A DNA stretch of 64,000 nt from Clostridia bacterium (GTDB lineage: Bacteria > Bacillota > Clostridia > CAKSNL01 > HGM11501): assembly GCA_045545475.1 (NCBI GenBank), contig JAZQAZ010000018.1:32001-96000 (forward strand). The letters run 5' to 3'. Each line of letters opens with the position of its first letter. Within the stretch, counting starts at the first letter, position 1. Shown here one piece after another: positions 46,332 to 54,809 of this stretch. The translations under genes were made by a program, and so were the position numbers. The notes beneath the pieces were generated by a model. That model was not told where the DNA came from. It ran no database searches and worked only from the letters and a program-made list of their open reading frames with translations.

Positions 46332-47228
46332 ATGATTAAAGCTTGTGGCGTAACAAAAAAGTTTGGAGATTTTACGGCACTTGACTCTGTTAATCTTTGT
46401 GCAGGAAAAGGTTCAGTTTACGGACTTGTCGGACCAAACGGTGCAGGAAAGACAACGTTCATCAAGTGCCTTATGGGAATATATAAAGCTGACGGCGGAG
46501 AGATAATGGTTGACGAAAAGCACGTCATGGAAAATGATATAAAGCAGAAGATGGTTTACATAGGCGATGATTTGTACTTTTTCCCCGGGTATACAATTCT
46601 GGATATGGCAAAATATTATGCCGGAATATATGAAAATTTCAGTTGGGATGAGTATGAACGCATAAAGGATGTTTTCGGACTTGACGAAAAAGCAAAGCTT
46701 AAAAAGCTTTCCAAAGGAATGAAAAAGCAGGCTGCTTTCTGGATAGGAATATCTTGCTGTCCTGAGTGTCTCATTCTTGATGAGCCTGTGGACGGCCTTG
46801 ATCCGGTAATGAGAAAAGCCATGTGGAGCGTGGTGCTTGAAAAAGTCGCAGAGGGAAACCTTACGGTTTTGGTTTCGAGCCACAATTTGAGAGAGCTTGA
46901 GGATGTGTGCGACCACGTTGGTATTATGCACGAAGGTAAAGTGGTTATCGAAAAGTCCTTAGACGATGTTAAGGGAAATATTCATAAACTTCAGATTGCC
47001 TTTGATGGCGAAATTCCGGATGGATTGAAAGCAGAAATTCCTGTGCTTAAAGAAAGTAAAATGGGAAGTGTAAGTCTTCTGATTGTAAGAGGAACGGCTG
47101 AGGAAATAAAGGAGAAGGCCGAAAAGTACAATCCGGTTATTATGGACATTCTGCCCCTTACGCTGGAAGAAGTATTTATTTATGAACTGGGAGGTATGGG
47201 CTATGTTGTCAAAAATGTCATTTCTTAA
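46332..47228 (+). CDS. ABC transporter ATP-binding protein (YtrB-like)
   Basis: 'GPNGAGKT', 'LSKGM', 'LDEP' and 'SSH'. Confidence 0.93.
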   Translation: MIKACGVTKKFGDFTALDSVNLCAGKGSVYGLVGPNGAGKTTFIKCLMGIYKADGGEIMVDEKHVMENDIKQKMVYIGDDLYFFPGYTILDMAKYYAGIYENFSWDEYERIKDVFGLDEKAKLKKLSKGMKKQAAFWIGISCCPECLILDEPVDGLDPVMRKAMWSVVLEKVAEGNLTVLVSSHNLRELEDVCDHVGIMHEGKVVIEKSLDDVKGNIHKLQIAFDGEIPDGLKAEIPVLKESKMGSVSLLIVRGTAEEIKEKAEKYNPVIMDILPLTLEEVFIYELGGMGYVVKNVIS

Positions 47229-49242
47229 TAAAAGCATCATAAAAAGCGACTTAAAGCGCTTCTGGTATCTTGCGGCACTTAATTCCCTTATAACCTTCTT
47301 TCTCGGCACATTTATGATAATGGACCGCTATATGTGGGGCGATTATTATTACGGTGCTGCATTCGGAATCCCGAATGACTATTATATAGCAATGTTTGTG
47401 GGAATGGCGTTCAGCCTGCTTACAACAGTTGCGGTCTTCTCATATCTTAATAAGTCGGAGCAGACGGCATTTGCCCATGCATTTCCCAATACAAGAAAGA
47501 AGCAGTATATTTCGCATCTCATCTCGACATTTATACTGTGTGCATCATCAGGTATCATAAATACAATTATGATTCTGATATACCGCTTTAATGACAATGT
47601 GGCAAAAAGTGTTTCTCCTGTTGTTGCATTTAAGTTTCTTGCGATATACATAACATATTCTGCTCTTATAATAGCACTTACTGCATTTACCCAGATGCTG
47701 ACGGGTTCAAGCGTTGCCTGCACCGTACTTACTCTTTGCTTCGCTGCAATTCCCGCAGCGCTTGAAGGGTTTATAAAAGGTTTCTGCGAAGCTCACGTTT
47801 ACGGCTTTGAGGCAGATAATGAATTTTTCACAGCAGATGTATTTTACCTTTCAATGGGAAAAATTCTTTCGTGGCAGGCTCTTATTTATCTGGCGTTAAT
47901 CGCTGTGCTTTTAATCGCAGGATATTTCCTTTATAAAATAAGACGGCTTGAATGCTACGGAGAAGTTTGTGCCTTTACGGAAACAAGACCTGTGTTTATT
48001 TACACAGTGGCACTCTTTACGGGAATGGCAAGCTATCTTTACTTCGGAAGCTTTTACGATCCCAATATTTTCTTCCTTTTACCCTTTGGTATAATCGGTA
48101 TAATAATTGCCTATATGCTGTCAAGAAAGAGCCTTAACATAAAAGGCGTTCATAAGCCGATACTTATTTATGCTCTCTTTGTACTTTTGTTGTTTGCGGG
48201 AGTAAAGTTTGATATAACAGGCTATGAGAAAAGAGTTCCCGATGCCGGAAGTGTTGAATATGTGCTCCTTCCCGGAAGAACAGACTATGAGGCAGAAGGA
48301 TTTTATGCAAGGCTTTCAGAAAATGATTTAGATCACTATTATTTCCGCTATGCTGAGCCCTTTGACGGAAAAATTACCGATTTTGCCGAAATTGAAAATA
48401 TCGTAAAGCTTCATTCTCACCTTATTGAAGACAGAAGAGATAGCGGTAGGTTTATCCGCCTTTCCTACAAAATGAAAAACGGAAGCACCATAAACCGTCG
48501 TTACAGAGTGGATGCATATGAAGATATTGATTACTTAAAGCCCATATACAATTCTGAAAAGTACCGCGGAATGATGTTTGAAATTGCAAACGGTCAGGAA
48601 AGGAAAATAAAAATTGTTGACCTTTATGATGAAAGGGTAGGAAAGCTTTTTGGTTATTCAGATGCTGCGGCAATAAAAGTTGCCGATGCTTTAATTAAAG
48701 ACCTGAAGGAAATGCCCTATGAAGAAATTGGCGGAATATTTAATCATCAGAATGTAGGTCTTACAACACTTACAGTTGCATTTGAGGTTGATGGAAAATA
48801 CGATAATGCTGAGCTTAAAGGGACGACGGCATTAAGAGAACTTCAGTATACAATTACGCCTAAATATAAAAATACCGTGGCAGCTTTAGAGGAACTCGGA
48901 TTCTATGAAATTCTTCCAAAGGCTGAGGATGTATTGGAAATCGGAGTTAATATCAATAAGCTTTACTATGCAAACAGCGATTATATCGAAGAAAGATATA
49001 CCCCTCGTGTGACAAGCGAATATACCGGAGGCGGAGAATATGCTTATTCGATAACAAAGCTTAATGAGATTAAAGAAATATATTCTTTTCTTGATGAAGA
49101 TATCATAATATATCCTGATGAGAATCCGGGATATAATGCTGAGGTATATATGACTATGAATAACGGAAGAAAAGTATATTTCCGCATAGAATGTCACGAA
49201 AAATACTGGCCCGAGCCCATAAGAAATCTTATATCCGAGTAA
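47203..49242 (+). CDS. ABC-2 type permease with a large extracytoplasmic C-terminal domain
   Basis: About 9 N-terminal TM helices, 'HAFPNTR', then a soluble domain; overlaps the ATPase gene. Confidence 0.8.
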   Translation: MLSKMSFLNKSIIKSDLKRFWYLAALNSLITFFLGTFMIMDRYMWGDYYYGAAFGIPNDYYIAMFVGMAFSLLTTVAVFSYLNKSEQTAFAHAFPNTRKKQYISHLISTFILCASSGIINTIMILIYRFNDNVAKSVSPVVAFKFLAIYITYSALIIALTAFTQMLTGSSVACTVLTLCFAAIPAALEGFIKGFCEAHVYGFEADNEFFTADVFYLSMGKILSWQALIYLALIAVLLIAGYFLYKIRRLECYGEVCAFTETRPVFIYTVALFTGMASYLYFGSFYDPNIFFLLPFGIIGIIIAYMLSRKSLNIKGVHKPILIYALFVLLLFAGVKFDITGYEKRVPDAGSVEYVLLPGRTDYEAEGFYARLSENDLDHYYFRYAEPFDGKITDFAEIENIVKLHSHLIEDRRDSGRFIRLSYKMKNGSTINRRYRVDAYEDIDYLKPIYNSEKYRGMMFEIANGQERKIKIVDLYDERVGKLFGYSDAAAIKVADALIKDLKEMPYEEIGGIFNHQNVGLTTLTVAFEVDGKYDNAELKGTTALRELQYTITPKYKNTVAALEELGFYEILPKAEDVLEIGVNINKLYYANSDYIEERYTPRVTSEYTGGGEYAYSITKLNEIKEIYSFLDEDIIIYPDENPGYNAEVYMTMNNGRKVYFRIECHEKYWPEPIRNLISE

Positions 49243-49268
49243 TAAAAATATAGCCTCCCGCATATAGT
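49242..49268 (+). promoter_or_regulatory. Putative SigE (mother-cell) promoter of ssb
   Basis: ATA-16 bp-CATATAGT matches the SigE consensus ATa-N16-18-CATAcanT. Confidence 0.55.
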
Positions 49269-49297
49269 ATACCAGTACTAATGTGGGAGGTATTTTA

Positions 49298-49912
49298 ATG
49301 TCAAACGAAAATAACAGCGTAACACTTAAGGGAACTATTGTTGAACCGCCTTCCTTAAGTCACAGAGTGTATGGAGAAGGGTTTTACAATACGGTAATCG
49401 CAGTGCCGAGACTATCGGGATCCTGCGACTTGCTTCCGGTAACTGTGTCTGAGAGACTGCTTCCGCTTTTCTGCGATATTATGGGAAAAAGCTATTACAT
49501 AACGGGGCAATTTCGTTCGTATAACAACTATTCGGAGGAGGGAAGCAAACTGAAACTTACGGTTTTTGCAAAAACCTTTGAGGAAACCGATGAAGATGAT
49601 TCGGAAGAACCGAATGACATTTTCCTTGACGGATATTTATGTAAGACTCCGACTTTCAGGGAAACGCCCTTCGGAAGAGAAATCGCCGATATGCTCCTTG
49701 CGGTAAACCGTGCTTATGGAAAATCAGACTATATTCCGATTATTGCATGGAGCAGAAATGCTCGTTTCTGTGCAACTCTTCCAATAGGGACACACCTTAA
49801 AATTTACGGAAGAATACAGTCAAGGGAATATCAGAAAAAAATTGAAGATGAAATAATAACCAAAACTGCATACGAGGTATCTGTATCAAAACTTGAAGTA
49901 GTGGAAGAATAA
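49298..49912 (+). CDS. ssb: Double OB-fold single-stranded DNA-binding protein
   Basis: Two OB repeats: 'NNSVTLKG...RLSG..D.LPV...GQFRSYN' and 'RETPFGREIAD...SDYIPIIAW.RNA...GRIQSREY'. Confidence 0.88.
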   Translation: MSNENNSVTLKGTIVEPPSLSHRVYGEGFYNTVIAVPRLSGSCDLLPVTVSERLLPLFCDIMGKSYYITGQFRSYNNYSEEGSKLKLTVFAKTFEETDEDDSEEPNDIFLDGYLCKTPTFRETPFGREIADMLLAVNRAYGKSDYIPIIAWSRNARFCATLPIGTHLKIYGRIQSREYQKKIEDEIITKTAYEVSVSKLEVVEE

Positions 49913-49946
49913 AAAAGCGGGCTGTAATTTACAGCCCGCTTTTTTT
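49912..49946. terminator. Bidirectional terminator
   Basis: aaaaaagcgggctgta-att-tacagcccgctttttt. Confidence 0.85.
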
Positions 49947-49957
49947 ACATCTCCTTT

Positions 49958-50098
49958 TTATGACGGGGGAAGCTGTTCGGGTGTCGTGCCTATTTTAGGA
50001 GTAGCAGTTCCTTCGTTGGTATAATCTTTGCCTCTTGCAATTTTATTAAGCGGCGGAGTTCTTCTTCCGTTTTTTTCATTCTTTTTCTTTTTAGCCAT
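49958..50098 (-). CDS. Small basic/Pro-rich protein (46 aa), putative forespore protein
   Basis: AGAAAGGAG RBS; MAKKKKNEKNGRRTPPLNKIARGKDYTNEGTATPKIGTTPEQLPPS*; ends just before the bidirectional terminator; SigG/SigF-like GGGCATGCTA upstream. Confidence 0.65.
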   Translation of the reverse strand: MAKKKKNEKNGRRTPPLNKIARGKDYTNEGTATPKIGTTPEQLPPS

Positions 50099-50197
50099 AT
50101 TAATTCTCCTTTCTGTTTTAGCATGCCCATTTCGGAAAAGCCTATTAAGTATAATTTTATAAATTTTGGAAAAGATAGGGTAAAAGGAATGATTTTT

Positions 50198-51775
50198 ATG
50201 CTTAAAAAGCTTTTTACATTTACTCCTCCGCAGGAAAAAAATGAATTCAAAATAACAAAATCCCTACCTGAAGTGAAAAAAGAAAAAAATGAGAAAGTTT
50301 CCTTATATCTTTGGGAAAATAAAGATTATCTTGATGAAGCGTTTAAAAGGGAAACCTCCTATGATATAAAGATACGGGAATTTAAGATTAAGCTTGGGAA
50401 AAAGAAGGTTTCTTCTTTTATTTATTATATAGACGGGCTTGTATCAAATCAAAGTGTAAACGATACAATTCTGATGCCGTTGATGGTAGAATCCGAAAAG
50501 TTAAAAGAAAGCGGATTTGACGGAGTGGCAGATGTTCTTCTTACGCAAAATCAGGTGAAAATTTCAGATAAAATGAAGGATGTTACAGAAGAAATCTGTT
50601 ATGGAAGCTGTGCACTTTTTATTGACGGATACGACAGGGCTATTCTTCCTCAGGTAATCGGATGGGAGAGAAGAGGCGTTGAAGAGCCATCGGGCGAGCC
50701 GGCGATATTGGGAAGCCGTCAGGCATTCAATGAAACTCTTAAAACAAATACCTCCATGGTAAGAAAAATGATTCGCTCGGAAAATCTTATAATTGAAAAT
50801 ATACTGGTTGGAAAAGCGGGAAAGTGCAGCTGTGCCGTTTTATATATGGGCAACATTACAAATAATTCCTTGGTGAATGAGGTGCGAAAAAAGATTTCAT
50901 CCCTGGCCGTAGATCATATAATAAGTGCACCTGAGCTTATGCAGTTTATAGAAAATGACAGCTTTATTACACTTCCTCAGGTGCTTTTAACAGAACGTGC
51001 GGACAGATGTGTCAAGGCAATTATGTCGGGGCGTGTGGCAATTTTTGTGGACAATTCGCCTCTTTGTCTCATTGTACCGGTAACAGCCTTTGAACTTCTG
51101 GAATCTGCAGAAGATATATACCTTCGCCCGCCTTTTGCAGTCCTCGTAAAGGCTGTTCGCTTTTTGGGAATATTTCTCTCTGTGTATTTACCCGGAATAT
51201 ACATTGCCGCCATAACTTATCATACAACCATTTTCCCGACAGGGATGCTTACTACCATTATGAAGGCATCCAGAAAAGTTCCTTTTGACTCTGTAACCGA
51301 GCTTATAATAATGGTTATCGCCTTTGAAATAGTTAGAGAGGCAAGTGCCAGAGTGCCGGGATTTTTAGGACAGAGTCTTGGCATAATCGGACCCCTTGTT
51401 TTAGGACAAGCGGCGATAAGTGCAAATATTGTTAGTCCCGTTATGATAATTGTTTTTTCCATTGCCACAATCGGATCATTTGCAACCCCGAATTTTTCAA
51501 TGGCACTGTCAGGAAGAGTGCTTAATATTATCTATATAATTCTGGGGAGTATGGGAGGGTTTTTGGGAATCGCTGCAGGATTTTTCTGCCAGGTTATGCT
51601 GTGGCATGAAACAAAATCCTTTGGCGTAAATATGATTTCGCCATTTTCTGACGGAAATGTTATTCCCGAATCATTTAAAATTCTTCCCATCTGGAAGCAT
51701 GAAAAAAGAGACGCTTACCTTAAGACTAAACGAGAACGAGAACAGAAGCACATAAGCAGACTTTGGAAGAGGTGA
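50198..51775 (+). CDS. Spore germination receptor A subunit (GerA/GerKA family)
   Basis: 'YIDGL', 'RGVEEP', 'PQVLLTERAD', 'EIVREASARVP' and 'LGQAAISA'. Confidence 0.92.
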   Translation: MLKKLFTFTPPQEKNEFKITKSLPEVKKEKNEKVSLYLWENKDYLDEAFKRETSYDIKIREFKIKLGKKKVSSFIYYIDGLVSNQSVNDTILMPLMVESEKLKESGFDGVADVLLTQNQVKISDKMKDVTEEICYGSCALFIDGYDRAILPQVIGWERRGVEEPSGEPAILGSRQAFNETLKTNTSMVRKMIRSENLIIENILVGKAGKCSCAVLYMGNITNNSLVNEVRKKISSLAVDHIISAPELMQFIENDSFITLPQVLLTERADRCVKAIMSGRVAIFVDNSPLCLIVPVTAFELLESAEDIYLRPPFAVLVKAVRFLGIFLSVYLPGIYIAAITYHTTIFPTGMLTTIMKASRKVPFDSVTELIIMVIAFEIVREASARVPGFLGQSLGIIGPLVLGQAAISANIVSPVMIIVFSIATIGSFATPNFSMALSGRVLNIIYIILGSMGGFLGIAAGFFCQVMLWHETKSFGVNMISPFSDGNVIPESFKILPIWKHEKRDAYLKTKREREQKHISRLWKR

Positions 51776-51780
51776 AATGC

Positions 51781-52821
51781 TTGAAAATTAAAAACAGAGA
51801 AGCAATATTTTCAACGGTTAATTTCGTGTCGGTAAAAATTTTCACGCTTTCGCTTCAAAGTATGACAAATATCAGCGGTAACGCTGTATGGCTGTTTTTC
51901 ACGGTAAATACTCTGTTTAGTGCACTTATGTTTACGCTGATATATTTCTTTTATAAGAAAAGCGGATATAAGGATATATTTTTATGTCTGCCGCCTTTTT
52001 TCAGAAAAGTCTTAGGGATAATTCTGGCAGGCTATTTTGTCGTTTCTTCCGCCCTGATGCTGGATGTTTTAATTAAAAGCGTTATAAAAACATTTATGCC
52101 ATCTTCACCTACGCTATTTATAGCGGTGTTTTTTATTCCGGCGATTATTTATGCTGCAATGAAAGGGATAAAGAGCAATGTTTCCCTTGCGTTGATAATT
52201 GCCCCTGTTTTAAGCTTTGTAATAGTGGTATTTACAGTTCTTTTGCCATACAGTGATTTTACAAATTTATTTCCGATTCTGGGAAGTAATGATTTTTACC
52301 TTAAGGCTTTTTGGGGATTTAATTTCTTTTCGGATTTTTTAATATTTGTCTTAATGATGCCTTATCTTGAACACAGGGAAAAGGCACTTAAAACAGGGCT
52401 TACGGCAATTTTTGTTACGGCCTTTTTATGCCTTTTGGTGATTTTTTCTTATGTCATAACGATACCTTCAAAGGTACGTTTCTTTTCACCTTTTTACTAT
52501 ATGGTAAGCTTTCTGGCGGGAAGTCGCAGCGCAGTAAATTTTGTTAAAATACTAAAGCTTTCTTTTCTTCTTAATTTCTTTTTGTATTTTTCAACCGCTA
52601 TAGCTTTCGGGGCGGAATGTCTGAAAAAAGGATTTTCCCTTAAATATGAAAAGGAAACGGTTCCGCTACTCGCACTTTGCCTTCTTCTTATAACTGAAAT
52701 CGGCTTTGGCAAAAATGTAATTACGGTTTATGATGAGTTTTTGAAATATTCTTTCATTTTATTTCCGGCCGCTTTTTTGTTTGTGTATATTTTTACAAAA
52801 AAGGAGGGAAAGCTTAAATGA
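51781..52821 (+). CDS. Spore germination receptor B subunit (GerAB family)
   Basis: About 10 TM helices, 'NLFPILG'; lies between the A and C subunit genes. Confidence 0.85.
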   Translation: MKIKNREAIFSTVNFVSVKIFTLSLQSMTNISGNAVWLFFTVNTLFSALMFTLIYFFYKKSGYKDIFLCLPPFFRKVLGIILAGYFVVSSALMLDVLIKSVIKTFMPSSPTLFIAVFFIPAIIYAAMKGIKSNVSLALIIAPVLSFVIVVFTVLLPYSDFTNLFPILGSNDFYLKAFWGFNFFSDFLIFVLMMPYLEHREKALKTGLTAIFVTAFLCLLVIFSYVITIPSKVRFFSPFYYMVSFLAGSRSAVNFVKILKLSFLLNFFLYFSTAIAFGAECLKKGFSLKYEKETVPLLALCLLLITEIGFGKNVITVYDEFLKYSFILFPAAFLFVYIFTKKEGKLK

Positions 52822-54029
52822 AAAAGCTTTTGATTTTTGTAGTTGGTGTGGCAATTCTTTTGGTAAGCACAGGAGGATTTTATGACGCAAAGGAGATTGC
52901 CCACACGGTTTCTGTGATAGCCATGGGAATAGATAAAGGTGAAAATATGCCTTATCGTGTTTCTTTTCAAATAGAAAGAGTGGGTATCGGAGAGGGAGAA
53001 TCATCTAAAGAAGATGAAGGAGAAAAAGAAAAAAGCAAAGATGTATTGGTGGTTGAAGCACCATCCATTCTTTCGGCTTTTGCCAGAGCCAACAGCATAA
53101 ACAGCGTTGATTTAAGCATAAATAATGTGAAAATGGTTATCATCTCAAGTGAAATTGCAGAAAAAGGGGTTAATGATGTGGTGGAGGAACTGTTTTCCGC
53201 TACGGAATTTAAGAATAATGCGTACCTTGCTTTAGCTGTGAAAAAGGCTGAGGATATACTTAAAAATGTGTCTCCCGAGGACGAGGAGTATATATCGGTT
53301 TACTATGAAGAAATAATTCATCGGCACTACAGGGAAGCAACACGGTATTTTCTTTTAAGCGAAACCTATTTCGACTTGACGGCAGGGGGAGGAGATGTTG
53401 TTTTGCCCCTTGTTTCCCAAAGGAAGGAAGATGGTTTTGAAAACTATTTTTCGGACGACACCAAATCCGGTCTTATTGCAGGGATGATTCCGAAGGAATC
53501 CAAGCATAAAGTGGAATTTTTGGGAGGAGCTGTATTGTCAGAAGGTATGCTGAAAGGGTATCTGTCTGAAAGCGAAATGCTTGCCTTAAGTTTTGCGGGC
53601 GGCTTTTTTGCTCCCAGGGATATAACGGTGGAATATCCTTTAGGCTCCGGGAATTTTGTGATTTTAACGCTTAGCCAGAATAAAAAAGGTAAAATAAAAA
53701 CAGTACCCGAAGAAAAACTTATATCGGAAATTGAATTGTATCTTTCTGGAAACTATGAATATATTCCTCAAGGGAACTATGAAAGCTTTGACAGGAACTT
53801 TAAAAATTTCCTTGAAAAGGAAATTGAAAATGCTGTGAGAAAGGTTCTGACAAAGTGTCTGAGAGAGTATGATTCCGATATACTGGGGCTTATGAACCAT
53901 GCCAAAATTCACTTTCTTGAAAATAAGGGAATGGAAGAATATAATATACATGAAAAAATGAAAGAGGCTGAAATTATTTCGTCTGTCAGCTTGGAAACAG
54001 AGCGAAACGGGAGGTTGACATTTGAATGA
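52818..54029 (+). CDS. Spore germination receptor C subunit (GerAC family)
   Basis: 'YDAKEI....VIAMGIDKG', 'SEIAEKG', 'GYLSESE' and 'SDILGL'; no lipobox Cys seen. Confidence 0.85.
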   Translation: MKKLLIFVVGVAILLVSTGGFYDAKEIAHTVSVIAMGIDKGENMPYRVSFQIERVGIGEGESSKEDEGEKEKSKDVLVVEAPSILSAFARANSINSVDLSINNVKMVIISSEIAEKGVNDVVEELFSATEFKNNAYLALAVKKAEDILKNVSPEDEEYISVYYEEIIHRHYREATRYFLLSETYFDLTAGGGDVVLPLVSQRKEDGFENYFSDDTKSGLIAGMIPKESKHKVEFLGGAVLSEGMLKGYLSESEMLALSFAGGFFAPRDITVEYPLGSGNFVILTLSQNKKGKIKTVPEEKLISEIELYLSGNYEYIPQGNYESFDRNFKNFLEKEIENAVRKVLTKCLREYDSDILGLMNHAKIHFLENKGMEEYNIHEKMKEAEIISSVSLETERNGRLTFE

Positions 54030-54202
54030 TTTTTTTTATCGAACTGGCAGAATATATTTTTATTACCTTTGCGGGAATAAGGGCAGTGGCCTACGGAATA
54101 TGGAATATAAAAGAGAAAAATACATCAGGGGGAATTCTTTGCTTTTTCCTTTCGGGATTAGTTATCTTTCTTCTTTTATTAAAGCTTTACAAACCGGCCT
54201 AA
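54026..54202 (+). CDS. Small two-TM membrane protein (58 aa), putative germinant-receptor D subunit
   Basis: ATGA overlap with the gerC stop; MIFFIELAEYIFITFAGIRAVAYGIWNIKEKNTSGGILCFFLSGLVIFLLLLKLYKPA*. Confidence 0.7.
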   Translation: MIFFIELAEYIFITFAGIRAVAYGIWNIKEKNTSGGILCFFLSGLVIFLLLLKLYKPA

Positions 54203-54256
54203 AAGATGTATAATGATGAAAAAAGCTCCTGAAGGAGCGTACATAGGAGAAAAATT

Positions 54257-54670
54257 ATGAGAATAATGGGACTTGACTACGGCGATGTAAGAATAGGTAT
54301 TGCCGTAAGTGACTTAACGGGAATGATTGCACAGTCAGTGGGCGTAATAAGCGGACGTGACGAGGAAAAAAGAATGGCGGAGCTTGATTCCTACATAAAG
54401 GAATATAACCCGTCAGAAATCGTTTTGGGATATCCCTTGAATATGAACGGAACCAAGGGTGAGCGTGCAGAAAAAAGCGAAATTTTCCGTGATATTTTAG
54501 TGGAAAAATATGGCATTAAGGTTGTGCTGTGGGACGAGAGATTATCATCCATGGCGGCACACAGAACCTTGGAGGAAGCAGGAATAAGCGGTAAAAAAAG
54601 AACAGGCAAGGTTGACCCGCTTGCCGCCGCATTTATCCTTCAGGGCTATCTTGACAGCAAAGGATTTTAA
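54257..54670 (+). CDS. ruvX: YqgF/RuvX nuclease (pre-16S rRNA processing / Holliday junction resolvase family)
   Basis: 'MGLDYGDVRIGIAVSD', 'WDERLSS' and 'VDPLAAAFILQGYLD'. Confidence 0.95.
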   Translation: MRIMGLDYGDVRIGIAVSDLTGMIAQSVGVISGRDEEKRMAELDSYIKEYNPSEIVLGYPLNMNGTKGERAEKSEIFRDILVEKYGIKVVLWDERLSSMAAHRTLEEAGISGKKRTGKVDPLAAAFILQGYLDSKGF

Positions 54671-54680
54671 AAATAATTTC

Positions 54681-54706
54681 GGCACGGCTTCGGCTGTGCC
54701 TTTTTT
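54681..54706 (+). terminator. Intrinsic terminator
   Basis: ggcacggc-ttcg-gctgtgcc-tttttt. Confidence 0.8.
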
Positions 54707-54713
54707 ATGCTGA

Positions 54714-54791
54714 AAAGCAGTTTTGTCCAAGTTCAAAGCAACATTGTCCTATTGACAGTGCTTTACAGATTGTGATATAATTAACTATCAC
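54714..54791 (+). promoter_or_regulatory. Promoter with upstream 21-bp-period direct repeat and a palindrome over the -10
   Basis: AAAGCA-N3-TTGTCC at 54714 and 54735; TTGACA 54752; TATAAT 54776; GTGATA-N8-TATCAC at 54772-54791. Confidence 0.65.
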
Positions 54792-54809
54792 TTTTGAGGA
54801 GGTATATAT

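Noticed and set aside
49990-50250. 86-aa minus-strand ORF from the track
   Set aside because: Overlaps the gerA start; the strong RBS fits the alternative 46-aa frame (50098..49958)
54022-54213. 63-aa ORF from the track after gerC
   Set aside because: The alternative frame 54026..54202 has an ATGA overlap and a coherent two-TM profile
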